This document shows positions 42,451 through 52,022 of a stretch of DNA of 64,000 bases, in pieces. Within the stretch, counting starts at the first letter, position 1. Every line of letters starts with the position of its first letter. Origin of the DNA: a virus. Position numbers and translations under genes: made by a program. A model generated the notes under the pieces. The model worked only from the letters and a program-made list of their open reading frames with translations, was not told where the DNA came from and ran no database searches. Location: the IMG/VR virus record IMGVR_UViG_3300045988_142756. One strand, 5' to 3'.

Positions 42451-44493
42451 ATGCCAACGACAATAAATTTAAGAGAAGCCAAAATGTGGCAAATGAAAAA
42501 GTCGTTATATGCTTTCTTACGTGAAATGTGGGACGCATATGAAACGGCTCAGTATAGTGATATTTGGCTTATGGAATATCTATGTGAGTGCTTCCAGTAT
42601 TCTGTGAAGCATTTTTTGCCGAATTATGTTTGGCGAGATTGGATAACAGACGACGAATATAACTATATAAAAGAAAAATCTCACGGGGAGTGTCCTGTTA
42701 GAGATAAACTTATAAATGGCGAACACGTTCATAACCACGATTGGAATATGCCACCTCGTCATTCAAAAAGTTCTATATTAAATATTTGTGGACCTGTTTG
42801 GTTAGGACTTAACTCACCTATATCCGTTGCAAGTGTATCTCATACAGAACGCTTGTCAACAGAAATGAATACTAAACGCCAAAAATTATTGGAGAGTGAT
42901 AAATTTAAGTATTATTTCACAGACAGTGCATATAGACTTAAAAATTCAACTGCTTCAATGATTAGACTTAACAGTGGGTCAACATTTTATTCGGTATGTC
43001 AATCATCTTTCACAGGTTTTGGTGCTGATGTTATTATAGCGGATGACTTAACTTCTGCCGATAATGCAAGAAAAGACGGACAAGTATTAAGAAATAGTAT
43101 AGACTTTTTTAGAAAAACACTTCCAACCCGACTTAACACAAAGAAAACAGGCGTAATATGGCATATAGAACAGAGAATTGCACGAGGCGATGTAAGTGGT
43201 TACATACAAGAGGATAAAGATTTATCGCGAGTATATAGTCATACAGAAATACAAGCAATAGCAACTGACGATAGAGTTTTAATATATCCGTGTAGTGGAA
43301 AAGTTAAAATAATTAAAAAAGGTGAAAAATTATGGCCTGAAAGATTTGGCGACTATTCTACTGCTAAAATGGAAATGGGTGCAGATGAATTTAATACTCA
43401 ATACCAACAGGACGCAGGAGCGAGTGCAAGTAACATTGTTAAAGAACAATATATACATTATATAAGTGAAGAAGAATTTAGACGTGATTATAAACCTATG
43501 GCAGAATTCCATTATGGTTCACACGACTGCCCGGTAAAGGATAAAGAAATAAACGACTACCACGGGTTCGCAGAAGGATATGGTAGAGGTAATGAATTAG
43601 TAATATGCGAAGCGTGGCAAGAACATTTAGGGTATATAAAAGAAAAAGAACTATTAGTAAGTCTTGAAAATATAGACCCAGCAATAATACAGATAGTTGA
43701 AGATAAAGCAAACGGAGGTGCATTATTACAAGATTTATCTTCTCAACTTGCAGGCTTAGCACCTTTTAATCCCGGAACAGACAGCAAATCTCAACGGTTG
43801 TCAATAGCAGCAACATATATGCAAAATGGAGCGGTAAGATTTGTTAAATCCGATAAAACCTCAGAAGCAATAAGTAGTTTATTAAAATTTCCATTTTTAG
43901 TTCACGACGACGTTGTAGATGCTATAAGTCAAATGATTATATATCACTTTACAAGTAGACGAATGGGTATATACACAAATAGTTTTACCTATCAAAATAT
44001 AATACCAGATAGTGTTAGAGATAATTCACAATATTTGGAATATGGTGCAACTATTAACGGGGATACGATAAAGGTACTTGGTATAAATAGAATGTTTGAT
44101 AGAGACGAATATGTTGTCGAAAAAGAATATATATTTATAGGTATAAATAAATTTGAACAGTGGGCAAAAGAATTAAGAGGAAATTTATTATTAGATTGTA
44201 GTTATGAAAATAGATTATTTAACTTAGTTGATAAAAATTCTGTATTTATGACCAAATTTAATGACACAGATACGGACAAATCTTTCCAACTTGTTAAATC
44301 TGGTTTTTATAATAACAAAATTAAAATATGTAACAGTTGCTCACAGACAAAAAACGACATTGCTAAATTAAGAATAACCGAATCATCACGCCGTAAAGGC
44401 ACAGATGTACAAGAAACATTAGACGAAGGAATGGCGGGTTGCGTAAGAGGTTTAGTAACATATTTCAAAGGAATCGGTGGGCAGTGGTACTAA
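42451..44493 (+). CDS. terL: terminase large subunit
   Basis: 680 aa. Walker-A-like PPRHSKSSIL, Walker B ADVIIADDLTS, and a nuclease-type C-terminal half with HDDVVDA. Confidence 0.75.
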   Translation: MPTTINLREAKMWQMKKSLYAFLREMWDAYETAQYSDIWLMEYLCECFQYSVKHFLPNYVWRDWITDDEYNYIKEKSHGECPVRDKLINGEHVHNHDWNMPPRHSKSSILNICGPVWLGLNSPISVASVSHTERLSTEMNTKRQKLLESDKFKYYFTDSAYRLKNSTASMIRLNSGSTFYSVCQSSFTGFGADVIIADDLTSADNARKDGQVLRNSIDFFRKTLPTRLNTKKTGVIWHIEQRIARGDVSGYIQEDKDLSRVYSHTEIQAIATDDRVLIYPCSGKVKIIKKGEKLWPERFGDYSTAKMEMGADEFNTQYQQDAGASASNIVKEQYIHYISEEEFRRDYKPMAEFHYGSHDCPVKDKEINDYHGFAEGYGRGNELVICEAWQEHLGYIKEKELLVSLENIDPAIIQIVEDKANGGALLQDLSSQLAGLAPFNPGTDSKSQRLSIAATYMQNGAVRFVKSDKTSEAISSLLKFPFLVHDDVVDAISQMIIYHFTSRRMGIYTNSFTYQNIIPDSVRDNSQYLEYGATINGDTIKVLGINRMFDRDEYVVEKEYIFIGINKFEQWAKELRGNLLLDCSYENRLFNLVDKNSVFMTKFNDTDTDKSFQLVKSGFYNNKIKICNSCSQTKNDIAKLRITESSRRKGTDVQETLDEGMAGCVRGLVTYFKGIGGQWY

Positions 44494-44554
44494 AAATATA
44501 AATTATAACAAAATTTAATAAAATAGTTATGTAATTAAAAATAAGAGGTATATA

Positions 44555-45046
44555 ATGAGCAAATATATTATTAGAAATGGAATACCCATTAGGCTTGAGG
44601 ACAGTATTAACTTTGAAGCCTTAGATTATATAAGGCAAGAGAAAAAGTTATCTGATACTAAACAAGTTAAAGATACAAGTAAGGTAAAAGATGAATTATC
44701 CGAGAAAGATTCTAAAGAACTTGGTATTCGAGATATGATTGCTTTTACTCAGCAAAGAATTAGAAGTTTAATAAATGATGAGTATGAAGCAATAGACGGT
44801 TATACTTCCGCTATCACCGAATTTATGCGAAATTATAAAGAAACTAATGATGAATTATATAATCAATTAGCAATGGTATTAGCGGATATAAAGAAAGAAG
44901 AATTTCCTCACGTCGGTGAATTAAATAAATGTTTAAGTTTAATTGATGAAGAGGAAGGTAGATTATTTAATAAAGGCGTCAGAGAAGCGAAAAAGACAGT
45001 AGAAAAATCAATGGCGCCACAAGAACAAGAACAAGTGGAGGAATAA
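44555..45046 (+). CDS. hypothetical protein with half-ferritin-like E...ExxH motif
   Basis: LINDEYEAIDGYTSAI ... LADIKKEEFPHVGEL. Confidence 0.45.
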   Translation: MSKYIIRNGIPIRLEDSINFEALDYIRQEKKLSDTKQVKDTSKVKDELSEKDSKELGIRDMIAFTQQRIRSLINDEYEAIDGYTSAITEFMRNYKETNDELYNQLAMVLADIKKEEFPHVGELNKCLSLIDEEEGRLFNKGVREAKKTVEKSMAPQEQEQVEE

Positions 45047-45052
45047 TATAGA

Positions 45053-45517
45053 ATGAAAGTATTTTCGTTATCGTCAGTAAGAGGTACATTATATAATGAA
45101 TATTATGGCCTTACAAGTTTTGGCGGTCAATCTTATATAAATTTAGGTGGCGGTCAAAAACAAATTGAAAAGATTAGTTATTCATATAATACTGATATAT
45201 TTAGTATGAGTTCTACTGCTGATGGCGGTGTAGTTGTTGCTCATAGTAATGATAGATCTGGTACTATTTCAATACAATTACAACAAACATCACCGCATAT
45301 TAAAGTACTTACAGAATTTGCAAAATGGTGCTGGGCAAATCCAGACAAAGCAGAAAGTACATTAACAGTTACAGATGATACAGGTAACTTAGCATTTACT
45401 GCTACACAAGTATTTATTAAAGGAATACCTGAAAATTCTGTAGGTTCAACAGCAACTGAGCGTACCTATACATTTATGGCAGGTAATATAGAATCTCAGG
45501 AATCTAATATCGGCTGA
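45053..45517 (+). CDS. putative tail tube protein (DUF3277-like)
   Basis: Size 154 aa. Pattern recalled from memory of the DUF3277 family. Paired with a DUF3383-like gene. Confidence 0.4.
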   Translation: MKVFSLSSVRGTLYNEYYGLTSFGGQSYINLGGGQKQIEKISYSYNTDIFSMSSTADGGVVVAHSNDRSGTISIQLQQTSPHIKVLTEFAKWCWANPDKAESTLTVTDDTGNLAFTATQVFIKGIPENSVGSTATERTYTFMAGNIESQESNIG

Positions 45518-45532
45518 TAGGAGGAACAAAGA

Positions 45533-46711
45533 ATGGTAGATATCAATAAACTTATAGATGTTAATTTTAATATTGTAAGAGAAACAACTCCTATTGGCAG
45601 TTATAAGAAAGCGTTATATTTTATGAATAAAACCACTAATACTGCTTTTAATGGATATTGTACTTATTTGTTAAACAGTGAGAATGGTTTAACTCGTCAA
45701 AAAACAGATGGTAAAGATAATGCACCATTGACAGTAGATATATTTAATAAGATAAACGCTACTCTTAGTGATGCATTAAAAGAAACTAATGTAATTGCAA
45801 ATCTGAGCAGATTCTTTAATTACGACGGACAAGAGTTAATTGTTGTGGTATGTGATAATAAGGTACCTACTGCAGATGATGTGCAAGCAATTAAAAGAAC
45901 TTTCCAAGATTTCATTTATTACACAGTATCACAAGATATTTTTAACTCATTAACTGCTACAAATATAGACGAACTTAACAACGATATTTCTGCCCCATAT
46001 ACTGTAAGATTATGCTTAACAGTTAAAAATACTACAGAAAACGAAACAAAATTAACAAATGTTAAAAATAATAACATATTTGTTAAATTAGTGGATACCA
46101 CAGTCGAAACAGATGATGCGTTATCTTTCTTGGCGTTTACAACACAGATAAGGCTTGACGGATTTAATACTATCGAAGATTATTGCTACACAGACGAAAA
46201 TGGGTTAACAGTTTTAGATAGTAAAGGTCATTATGATACGTGGGTTACTAAATATAATTTCGTTGACAAAGTTGGCAATAAGGTACTTAACTTCGGCGGA
46301 AATTTATATAATGGAACATCTATTGACAGCGACTTTGGTGTAACTTGTATAGAAAACGATATTGCGTATGCTTTATTAGATATAGTAACAAGTAAAATTC
46401 GTATTACTCCAACGGCACAAACAAGGGTTGTTACGGCAATAAACACTGTTCTTAACAGATATATTAACAATGGTTTAATACTGTCTAATTCCGTTTATAG
46501 CGGGGAAGATATGTTTATTAAATACAATGAAAAAACATATTCTATAATCCATAAAGGAACAACTTTATTAAATGGTTATTATGTATTTACAGTTCCTGTA
46601 AGTGCAATATCTGTAGAGGATAAACAAAATAAAAAATTCACACCGATTATCGTAGTCATTATGACTTCGGCAGGAGCAAGAACAATAAGCGTATCTGGTT
46701 ACGCATATTAA
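45533..46711 (+). CDS. putative tail sheath-like protein (DUF3383-like)
   Basis: 392 aa. The N-terminus INKLIDVNFNIVRETTPIGSYKKALYF resembles the DUF3383 opening, recalled from memory. Confidence 0.4.
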   Translation: MVDINKLIDVNFNIVRETTPIGSYKKALYFMNKTTNTAFNGYCTYLLNSENGLTRQKTDGKDNAPLTVDIFNKINATLSDALKETNVIANLSRFFNYDGQELIVVVCDNKVPTADDVQAIKRTFQDFIYYTVSQDIFNSLTATNIDELNNDISAPYTVRLCLTVKNTTENETKLTNVKNNNIFVKLVDTTVETDDALSFLAFTTQIRLDGFNTIEDYCYTDENGLTVLDSKGHYDTWVTKYNFVDKVGNKVLNFGGNLYNGTSIDSDFGVTCIENDIAYALLDIVTSKIRITPTAQTRVVTAINTVLNRYINNGLILSNSVYSGEDMFIKYNEKTYSIIHKGTTLLNGYYVFTVPVSAISVEDKQNKKFTPIIVVIMTSAGARTISVSGYAY

Positions 46712-46719
46712 GAAGATAA

Positions 46720-48372
46720 ATGGACAGGCTCAAAAAGAACACTTTAATAGACAATATTGAAATATCCATCAGTGACGCTGCACCTAAGATGCCAACTGAT
46801 ATAAGTAAAGCATCAGTAGAGCAACGCATTAAAATGGCTACAAAGTTAATGGACGACGCATTAGGTATGTCCGTTAGTAATGGTGTGAGCGTTAAAGATG
46901 GGTCTTTCAATAATAGTCGACTTAAATTAGGTATAAGTGATATAAACCTTAACAGTGGCGAATACTTCACTGATATGATTACATTCGACAGAATGACAAT
47001 CATAGAATTATATCACGGAAACTGGATATTTAGAAGAATAATTGACAGGGTTGCACAAGATATGTGGTCACACGGTATTGCTATAAAATGTGATACAGAC
47101 CCAGTCGAATTAGAAAATGTTTACAAAAGATTAAATAGATTAAACAGTCAACTTATTTATGGACGAGAGCAGGCAAGGTTATTTGGTGGTGCTGCCTCTC
47201 TTATTATGGTTGACGATGGTGAAGAAGATTTATCAAAACCATTAAATATAAATAATATAAAACCACATTCCCCTATAAGATTATATACAACGGATAGATG
47301 GTACGGGTTAGAAACAAGTACTGAATTAGTAACTAACTTCAAGAGCGTTGATTTTAATACACCTAAATATTATACCTTCTATTTAGATAACGGCGATTCT
47401 AAACGGTCTACACAGTTCACAAGAGTACATCATAGCAGAGTACTTCGTCATACAAATAGACGAACTGTAAGAATGATGGAAGATAGGCTTATGGGCTGGG
47501 GGTTAAGTGAGTTAGAACATATTTATCAAACACTTCTTGCTCATACCACAATGAATATGTCTTCCGTATCACTTGTCGGCAAATCATTACTTGAAATTGT
47601 TAAGGTTTCGGGTATGAGAGGTATGATGAGTGGACTCAGTATGGGTAACAGTGGAGCACAAGCACAATTAGGTGCCCAGTTGTCTGCAATAAATAATTAT
47701 AGAAACATAAATGATTTAGTTTTAATTGATAAAGATGACGAATATGACAGAAAAGAACTTCAATTAAATGGATTAAATGATTTATTACAAAACGAACAAG
47801 AACTTATTGCAGGTGCTGCTGAAATGCCACAGGTTCTAATTTACGGACAAACTAAAAATGGTTTAGGCGATAATGCAACTGAAATGGTATTCTACGCACA
47901 AACAATTCTTGGAAAACAAGAAGCAGAGTTAAGGGTAGAATTAGATAAATTATTACCTATAATATTTAAGGTAGAAGGATTAGAAGTACCTTCAAATTTA
48001 GACTATGATTTTAATAGTATAAATGATATGGAACCTGATGCAAAAGTAAATCTTATAAATAGTGTAGCAGGTGCTATAAATACTCTTACCGAAGCAGGGT
48101 TAATGACAAAAGAAACCGGATTAGCAGAATTAAAACAATATTCGGCTATAACTGGATTTGGTGCTAACTTAGCAGAAAGAGATTTAGAGTTAGCCAAACA
48201 AATGGACCAGCAGTCGGGTGAAGAAGAAGATGAACTGAGCGGAATGAATTTAGGTAGTAATGAACCACAAGTTGGTGAAGAACAACCTGAAGATAATTTA
48301 ACCGATGACTATGCAGAAGTAAAAGAAAAGGTACTTAAAAATAAATTCTTTGATAGGAAAAAGCGTAAATGA
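46720..48372 (+). CDS. portal protein (DUF1073-like)
   Basis: 550 aa. LYHGNWIFRRIIDRVAQDMWSHGI pattern. Acidic C-terminus. Lies in the packaging gene neighbourhood. Confidence 0.65.
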   Translation: MDRLKKNTLIDNIEISISDAAPKMPTDISKASVEQRIKMATKLMDDALGMSVSNGVSVKDGSFNNSRLKLGISDINLNSGEYFTDMITFDRMTIIELYHGNWIFRRIIDRVAQDMWSHGIAIKCDTDPVELENVYKRLNRLNSQLIYGREQARLFGGAASLIMVDDGEEDLSKPLNINNIKPHSPIRLYTTDRWYGLETSTELVTNFKSVDFNTPKYYTFYLDNGDSKRSTQFTRVHHSRVLRHTNRRTVRMMEDRLMGWGLSELEHIYQTLLAHTTMNMSSVSLVGKSLLEIVKVSGMRGMMSGLSMGNSGAQAQLGAQLSAINNYRNINDLVLIDKDDEYDRKELQLNGLNDLLQNEQELIAGAAEMPQVLIYGQTKNGLGDNATEMVFYAQTILGKQEAELRVELDKLLPIIFKVEGLEVPSNLDYDFNSINDMEPDAKVNLINSVAGAINTLTEAGLMTKETGLAELKQYSAITGFGANLAERDLELAKQMDQQSGEEEDELSGMNLGSNEPQVGEEQPEDNLTDDYAEVKEKVLKNKFFDRKKRK

Positions 48373-48800
48373 TAAAACAATATAGAGTTAAAATAAATGA
48401 TAGAAATTTTATTGTTAAGGCTGAGAATCAACGACAAGCAGTACTTAAAGTTAAGGCAGTAATAAGAGATATAGGCTCTATTATAAAAGGTGTGTCGTTT
48501 TCATACAAAGAAAATATACCTTCTGCACTAAACTTAAATAAAATATATGACGATACTGTATATCGTTTAGGTAATAATACATATCTATATATTAGAATAT
48601 TAACTACACAAAATCTAATGTTCCACGAAGATATGTGGAATTATATAGAACGGTTATATAAGGGTTCAGAATCTGAAAGATACGCTATAACGGCATATAA
48701 AGACCATAATAATAACGTAATATTTGAATCAAGTAATAATAGCCCGTTTGATGCTAAGTTAGAACAGCTATGTAGGAAATATTATAGAAATAATGATTAA
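48369..48800 (+). CDS. member 3 of the N-terminal-module family
   Basis: N-terminus MIKQYRVKINDRNFIVKAENQRQAVLKVKAVIRD. Confidence 0.55.
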   Translation: MIKQYRVKINDRNFIVKAENQRQAVLKVKAVIRDIGSIIKGVSFSYKENIPSALNLNKIYDDTVYRLGNNTYLYIRILTTQNLMFHEDMWNYIERLYKGSESERYAITAYKDHNNNVIFESSNNSPFDAKLEQLCRKYYRNND

Positions 48801-48829
48801 ATAGATTATAAATAAGGAGAATCTTATAT

Positions 48830-49423
48830 ATGAAGTTAATGAAAACAACACGAAGCGAAGGTGAATTCTTAACTCGTTTTAGCACCGAATATAAAATGAC
48901 TAAATCAAAAACACCTCAATTCGTTACAATATTAGTACCAGATGAACAAGCACAACTTATGCAAAGAATAGGCATAAATGATTTTATAGCAGGTGATTCT
49001 GTAGAAGATGTTATGACATCTGTAAAAGTTTATAAGTTAGACCCTGCTAATGTGCCACAAGATGCAAATAAAGTAGATTGTGCTAAAAACCAAACTGTTG
49101 TAACTGTTTCTAATGGTCAAGATGAAAATCAATTTAAGATTTATGCACCGTTAGATAAGATGGTTAAGTTTAATAGTACTAACCCTAATCAAGGTGAACA
49201 TTATTGGATAGGTATTGCAGTGCAAACAGGAGAGGCATCAATAACAAGCCTTAAATGGAATGGAACACAATTAACATCTTTAGATGTTGCAGACGCTAAT
49301 TCAGTTAAATTACCTACTGGTAGTATTATTTTATGGTTACCTGGTGAAACAACCGGCACAGCGTCAGCAGTCGTTTCTAAAGGGGATAAATCAACCGTAT
49401 TGGTATTTGAATTCATACATTAA
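48830..49423 (+). CDS. hypothetical structural protein (beta-rich)
   Basis: AAGGAG RBS. Lies in the head gene neighbourhood. Confidence 0.55.
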   Translation: MKLMKTTRSEGEFLTRFSTEYKMTKSKTPQFVTILVPDEQAQLMQRIGINDFIAGDSVEDVMTSVKVYKLDPANVPQDANKVDCAKNQTVVTVSNGQDENQFKIYAPLDKMVKFNSTNPNQGEHYWIGIAVQTGEASITSLKWNGTQLTSLDVADANSVKLPTGSIILWLPGETTGTASAVVSKGDKSTVLVFEFIH

Positions 49424-49435
49424 GAGGAACAATAT

Positions 49436-51436
49436 ATGAGAGAATTTAGAATTAAAGTAAATGATGAAAAAACCTATGTAGTTAAAGCAAATGATTATAA
49501 TCAAGCCGTTAAAACTTTACATAGTAAATTAAGAGATTTTGATTTAACAAACTTCCTTGCATTAAAACGTTCTCTTGAATTAAGAATAGGTGAAGAGATA
49601 GATTTTGATAAATTAGAAGAATACGTTAATAAATTACCAAAAGATAAAAACGGCAAGAAAAATGTAGATGTTAAAGAAGTTATTAAGTGCTGTATAAAAG
49701 CAAAGGATAACGCAGTAAGTGATTCCATTAGTAAGTATAATGGTGAAGACGCAATAAGAACTAATGGTTTTGTAAAAATAAAAGAAGATGGTGATTGGAC
49801 TTCCTATAAATATAATGGAAGTGATTTTGATGGTGCTGTTTTCAAAATTCATCAATACAATCCGAGTTTAATTGCTTTCGTCAGTAATGGTAATAGAACT
49901 ATAACTGTAAGAAATAAATATCTTAATGACGCTGATAATACTGCACAAGGTGAAATAGAAGTTTTGAAGTCTTTTGGATTTGATTATAAAGACGGAAAAT
50001 GGGTAAAAGAATCTAATAATAACACTATTGTTGCCCAACCTGATTATCATTATGTTTCCGTAATAGGACCTGGTGATACGGAGAAACATTGTAAAAAATA
50101 TCAATATCAATCTGCAGGAATGCTTAAAAAAATAATAGCATCAAATATTAAAGATTCTTCTATAACTGATACGGATATGAAAACTGCCGAAGATATCATA
50201 AAGAAATATGGTGGTAATCCTGTTGGCAACGTTATGGGCTTACAAAAAACTCGTTTTGTAGGTCAAGATGAAATTAAAAATCAACACGATTTTGCCACTG
50301 ACTTAGATAAAGCAGGGTATAAATTCTATTTAATAAATGGTAGATATCGTATATCACCTAAAGATTCTTCTATAAAAGATGTATCTTATGTAAGTGGTAA
50401 AAACTTAAAAATAGGACAGAAAATAGTAGAAGATGGTGAAGTATTAGAAGTTGTGGATATAAAAGAAACTCAAAGGGGAGTAAATAATAATTATAGAGAT
50501 GTAACTTTTAAGAATGTTAAAACAGGTGCTACTGAAACCGTTCATTTTGGAAATAGTACATTGGCAAGATTAAATGATTATTCTATAAAAGATAGTGATA
50601 GTTATCAAGTATGGACTATAAATGAAAAAGGTGTATATCATAAAGAAGCAGATGTACCAAATCCGCAATTAGCAAAAGCGATTGCGTCTCAATTAAAGAA
50701 ACAAGGTAGATGGGTTCAGATATCTAAAAATTCAAGAACAAATATAGTTAGTGACTGTGATATGATGGATTCTTTAAGTATAAAAGTTAAGCTTAATGGC
50801 AAAACATATAACGGTATATTTAATGGTATATCTAATACAGATAAAACTTTCGGTGATGTATATATTCCTGAACTTGTTTCACTTCATAGCGGTGATAAAG
50901 GCGTATTTAATCCGGATGAAGGAAATTACGTTTCGGACGGTAAATTTTATTTCAAGATGGAAAATCTTAAGAAATGGAATCCTTTTCTAAATAATTATTT
51001 AACTGATTCTAATATAACTGATGCTGACCCTGTAAAAGTAGAAAAGATTATTAGAAAAGAAAAAAGTGCATTAGGTGTTACATATTATATTTTCCAAACA
51101 AAATCAAGTAGTGGTTATACAATATATTATCAAGTAACTGATAAAACTTATCACGGCGAACCTACTTACTCGGGCGGTGGTATAGTATCGTTCTCATTAA
51201 AATCAGCGAATGATACTTTAGACCATAACTTATTATCAGACAAACTCAAAGCAAAATATGGTGAGAAAGAAGGAACAAAGAGATATTTACGCGGTGAGAA
51301 TGATAGTGCTATAAAAGATTCTAATAATATTAAAAATCGTAAATCTTATACAATAAAGGTAGGAGACAAACAGTATAAAGTATTTGCGGAATCTGAAAGT
51401 GAAGCAATAAATAAATACATTAAAAGTAAGAAATAA
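49436..51436 (+). CDS. member 4 of the family: 666-aa protein with the module at both termini and about 7 D-S-x-I-(K/T)-D-type motifs
   Basis: N-terminus MREFRIKVNDEKTYVVKANDYNQAVKTLHSKLRD. C-terminus RKSYTIKVGDKQYKVFAESESEAINKYIKSKK. Motifs include KDSSITD, KDSSIKD, DYSIKD and NDSAIKD. Confidence 0.6.
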   Translation: MREFRIKVNDEKTYVVKANDYNQAVKTLHSKLRDFDLTNFLALKRSLELRIGEEIDFDKLEEYVNKLPKDKNGKKNVDVKEVIKCCIKAKDNAVSDSISKYNGEDAIRTNGFVKIKEDGDWTSYKYNGSDFDGAVFKIHQYNPSLIAFVSNGNRTITVRNKYLNDADNTAQGEIEVLKSFGFDYKDGKWVKESNNNTIVAQPDYHYVSVIGPGDTEKHCKKYQYQSAGMLKKIIASNIKDSSITDTDMKTAEDIIKKYGGNPVGNVMGLQKTRFVGQDEIKNQHDFATDLDKAGYKFYLINGRYRISPKDSSIKDVSYVSGKNLKIGQKIVEDGEVLEVVDIKETQRGVNNNYRDVTFKNVKTGATETVHFGNSTLARLNDYSIKDSDSYQVWTINEKGVYHKEADVPNPQLAKAIASQLKKQGRWVQISKNSRTNIVSDCDMMDSLSIKVKLNGKTYNGIFNGISNTDKTFGDVYIPELVSLHSGDKGVFNPDEGNYVSDGKFYFKMENLKKWNPFLNNYLTDSNITDADPVKVEKIIRKEKSALGVTYYIFQTKSSSGYTIYYQVTDKTYHGEPTYSGGGIVSFSLKSANDTLDHNLLSDKLKAKYGEKEGTKRYLRGENDSAIKDSNNIKNRKSYTIKVGDKQYKVFAESESEAINKYIKSKK

Positions 51437-52017
51437 TGATGACAATAGAAGACTTAAAAATTAACATTGATAATTGTGTTAAATACATTAAAGATAAGTA
51501 CGGAGAGCAGGAAGATTTAAGTCCTGCTCAATGGCTTACCTTAATCGCCGAAGAATTTGGTGAATTTGCACAAGAAATAAACGATAATAATTTAGGTAAC
51601 AATTTTATAGAAGAAGGTTGTCAAGTATGTGCAACTACTTTATGTGCTATGGAGCAAATATTTAATAATTCAACTAAGGTGAATGTTATGGATAAGAAAT
51701 TTGTAATTAAGAAAAATGACAAGAAATATGTAGTTTATGCTACAGATGCTGAAACAGCAAAACAAAAATTAGAAGTTAAGATAAACCCAGATAGAGTTGT
51801 TGAAGTAGCAGATGCTTATAATATTTCTTTAGATAGGTATGATAGTCAATTATCAAGATTAAATAACGCTATACAACTGTTAGAAGGCGTAGATGGATAT
51901 AGTAAAATATATAACAGCGTCCAGGGGTTATGGGGTGTATTGAAAAAAGAAATACAATCCGATAATAGACTTTCTGATGATGAGAAACAAGGTTTATTTA
52001 GAAAGTATAATTTATAA
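51436..52017 (+). CDS. MazG-like all-alpha NTP pyrophosphohydrolase domain fused to the family module (member 5)
   Basis: N-terminal half LTLIAEEFGEFAQEI...FIEEGCQV (ExxE...EE pattern). The module MDKKFVIKKNDKKYVVYATDAETAKQKLEVKI starts at an internal ATG (51688) preceded by TAAGGTG. Confidence 0.5.
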   Translation: MMTIEDLKINIDNCVKYIKDKYGEQEDLSPAQWLTLIAEEFGEFAQEINDNNLGNNFIEEGCQVCATTLCAMEQIFNNSTKVNVMDKKFVIKKNDKKYVVYATDAETAKQKLEVKINPDRVVEVADAYNISLDRYDSQLSRLNNAIQLLEGVDGYSKIYNSVQGLWGVLKKEIQSDNRLSDDEKQGLFRKYNL

Positions 52018-52022
52018 GATAA

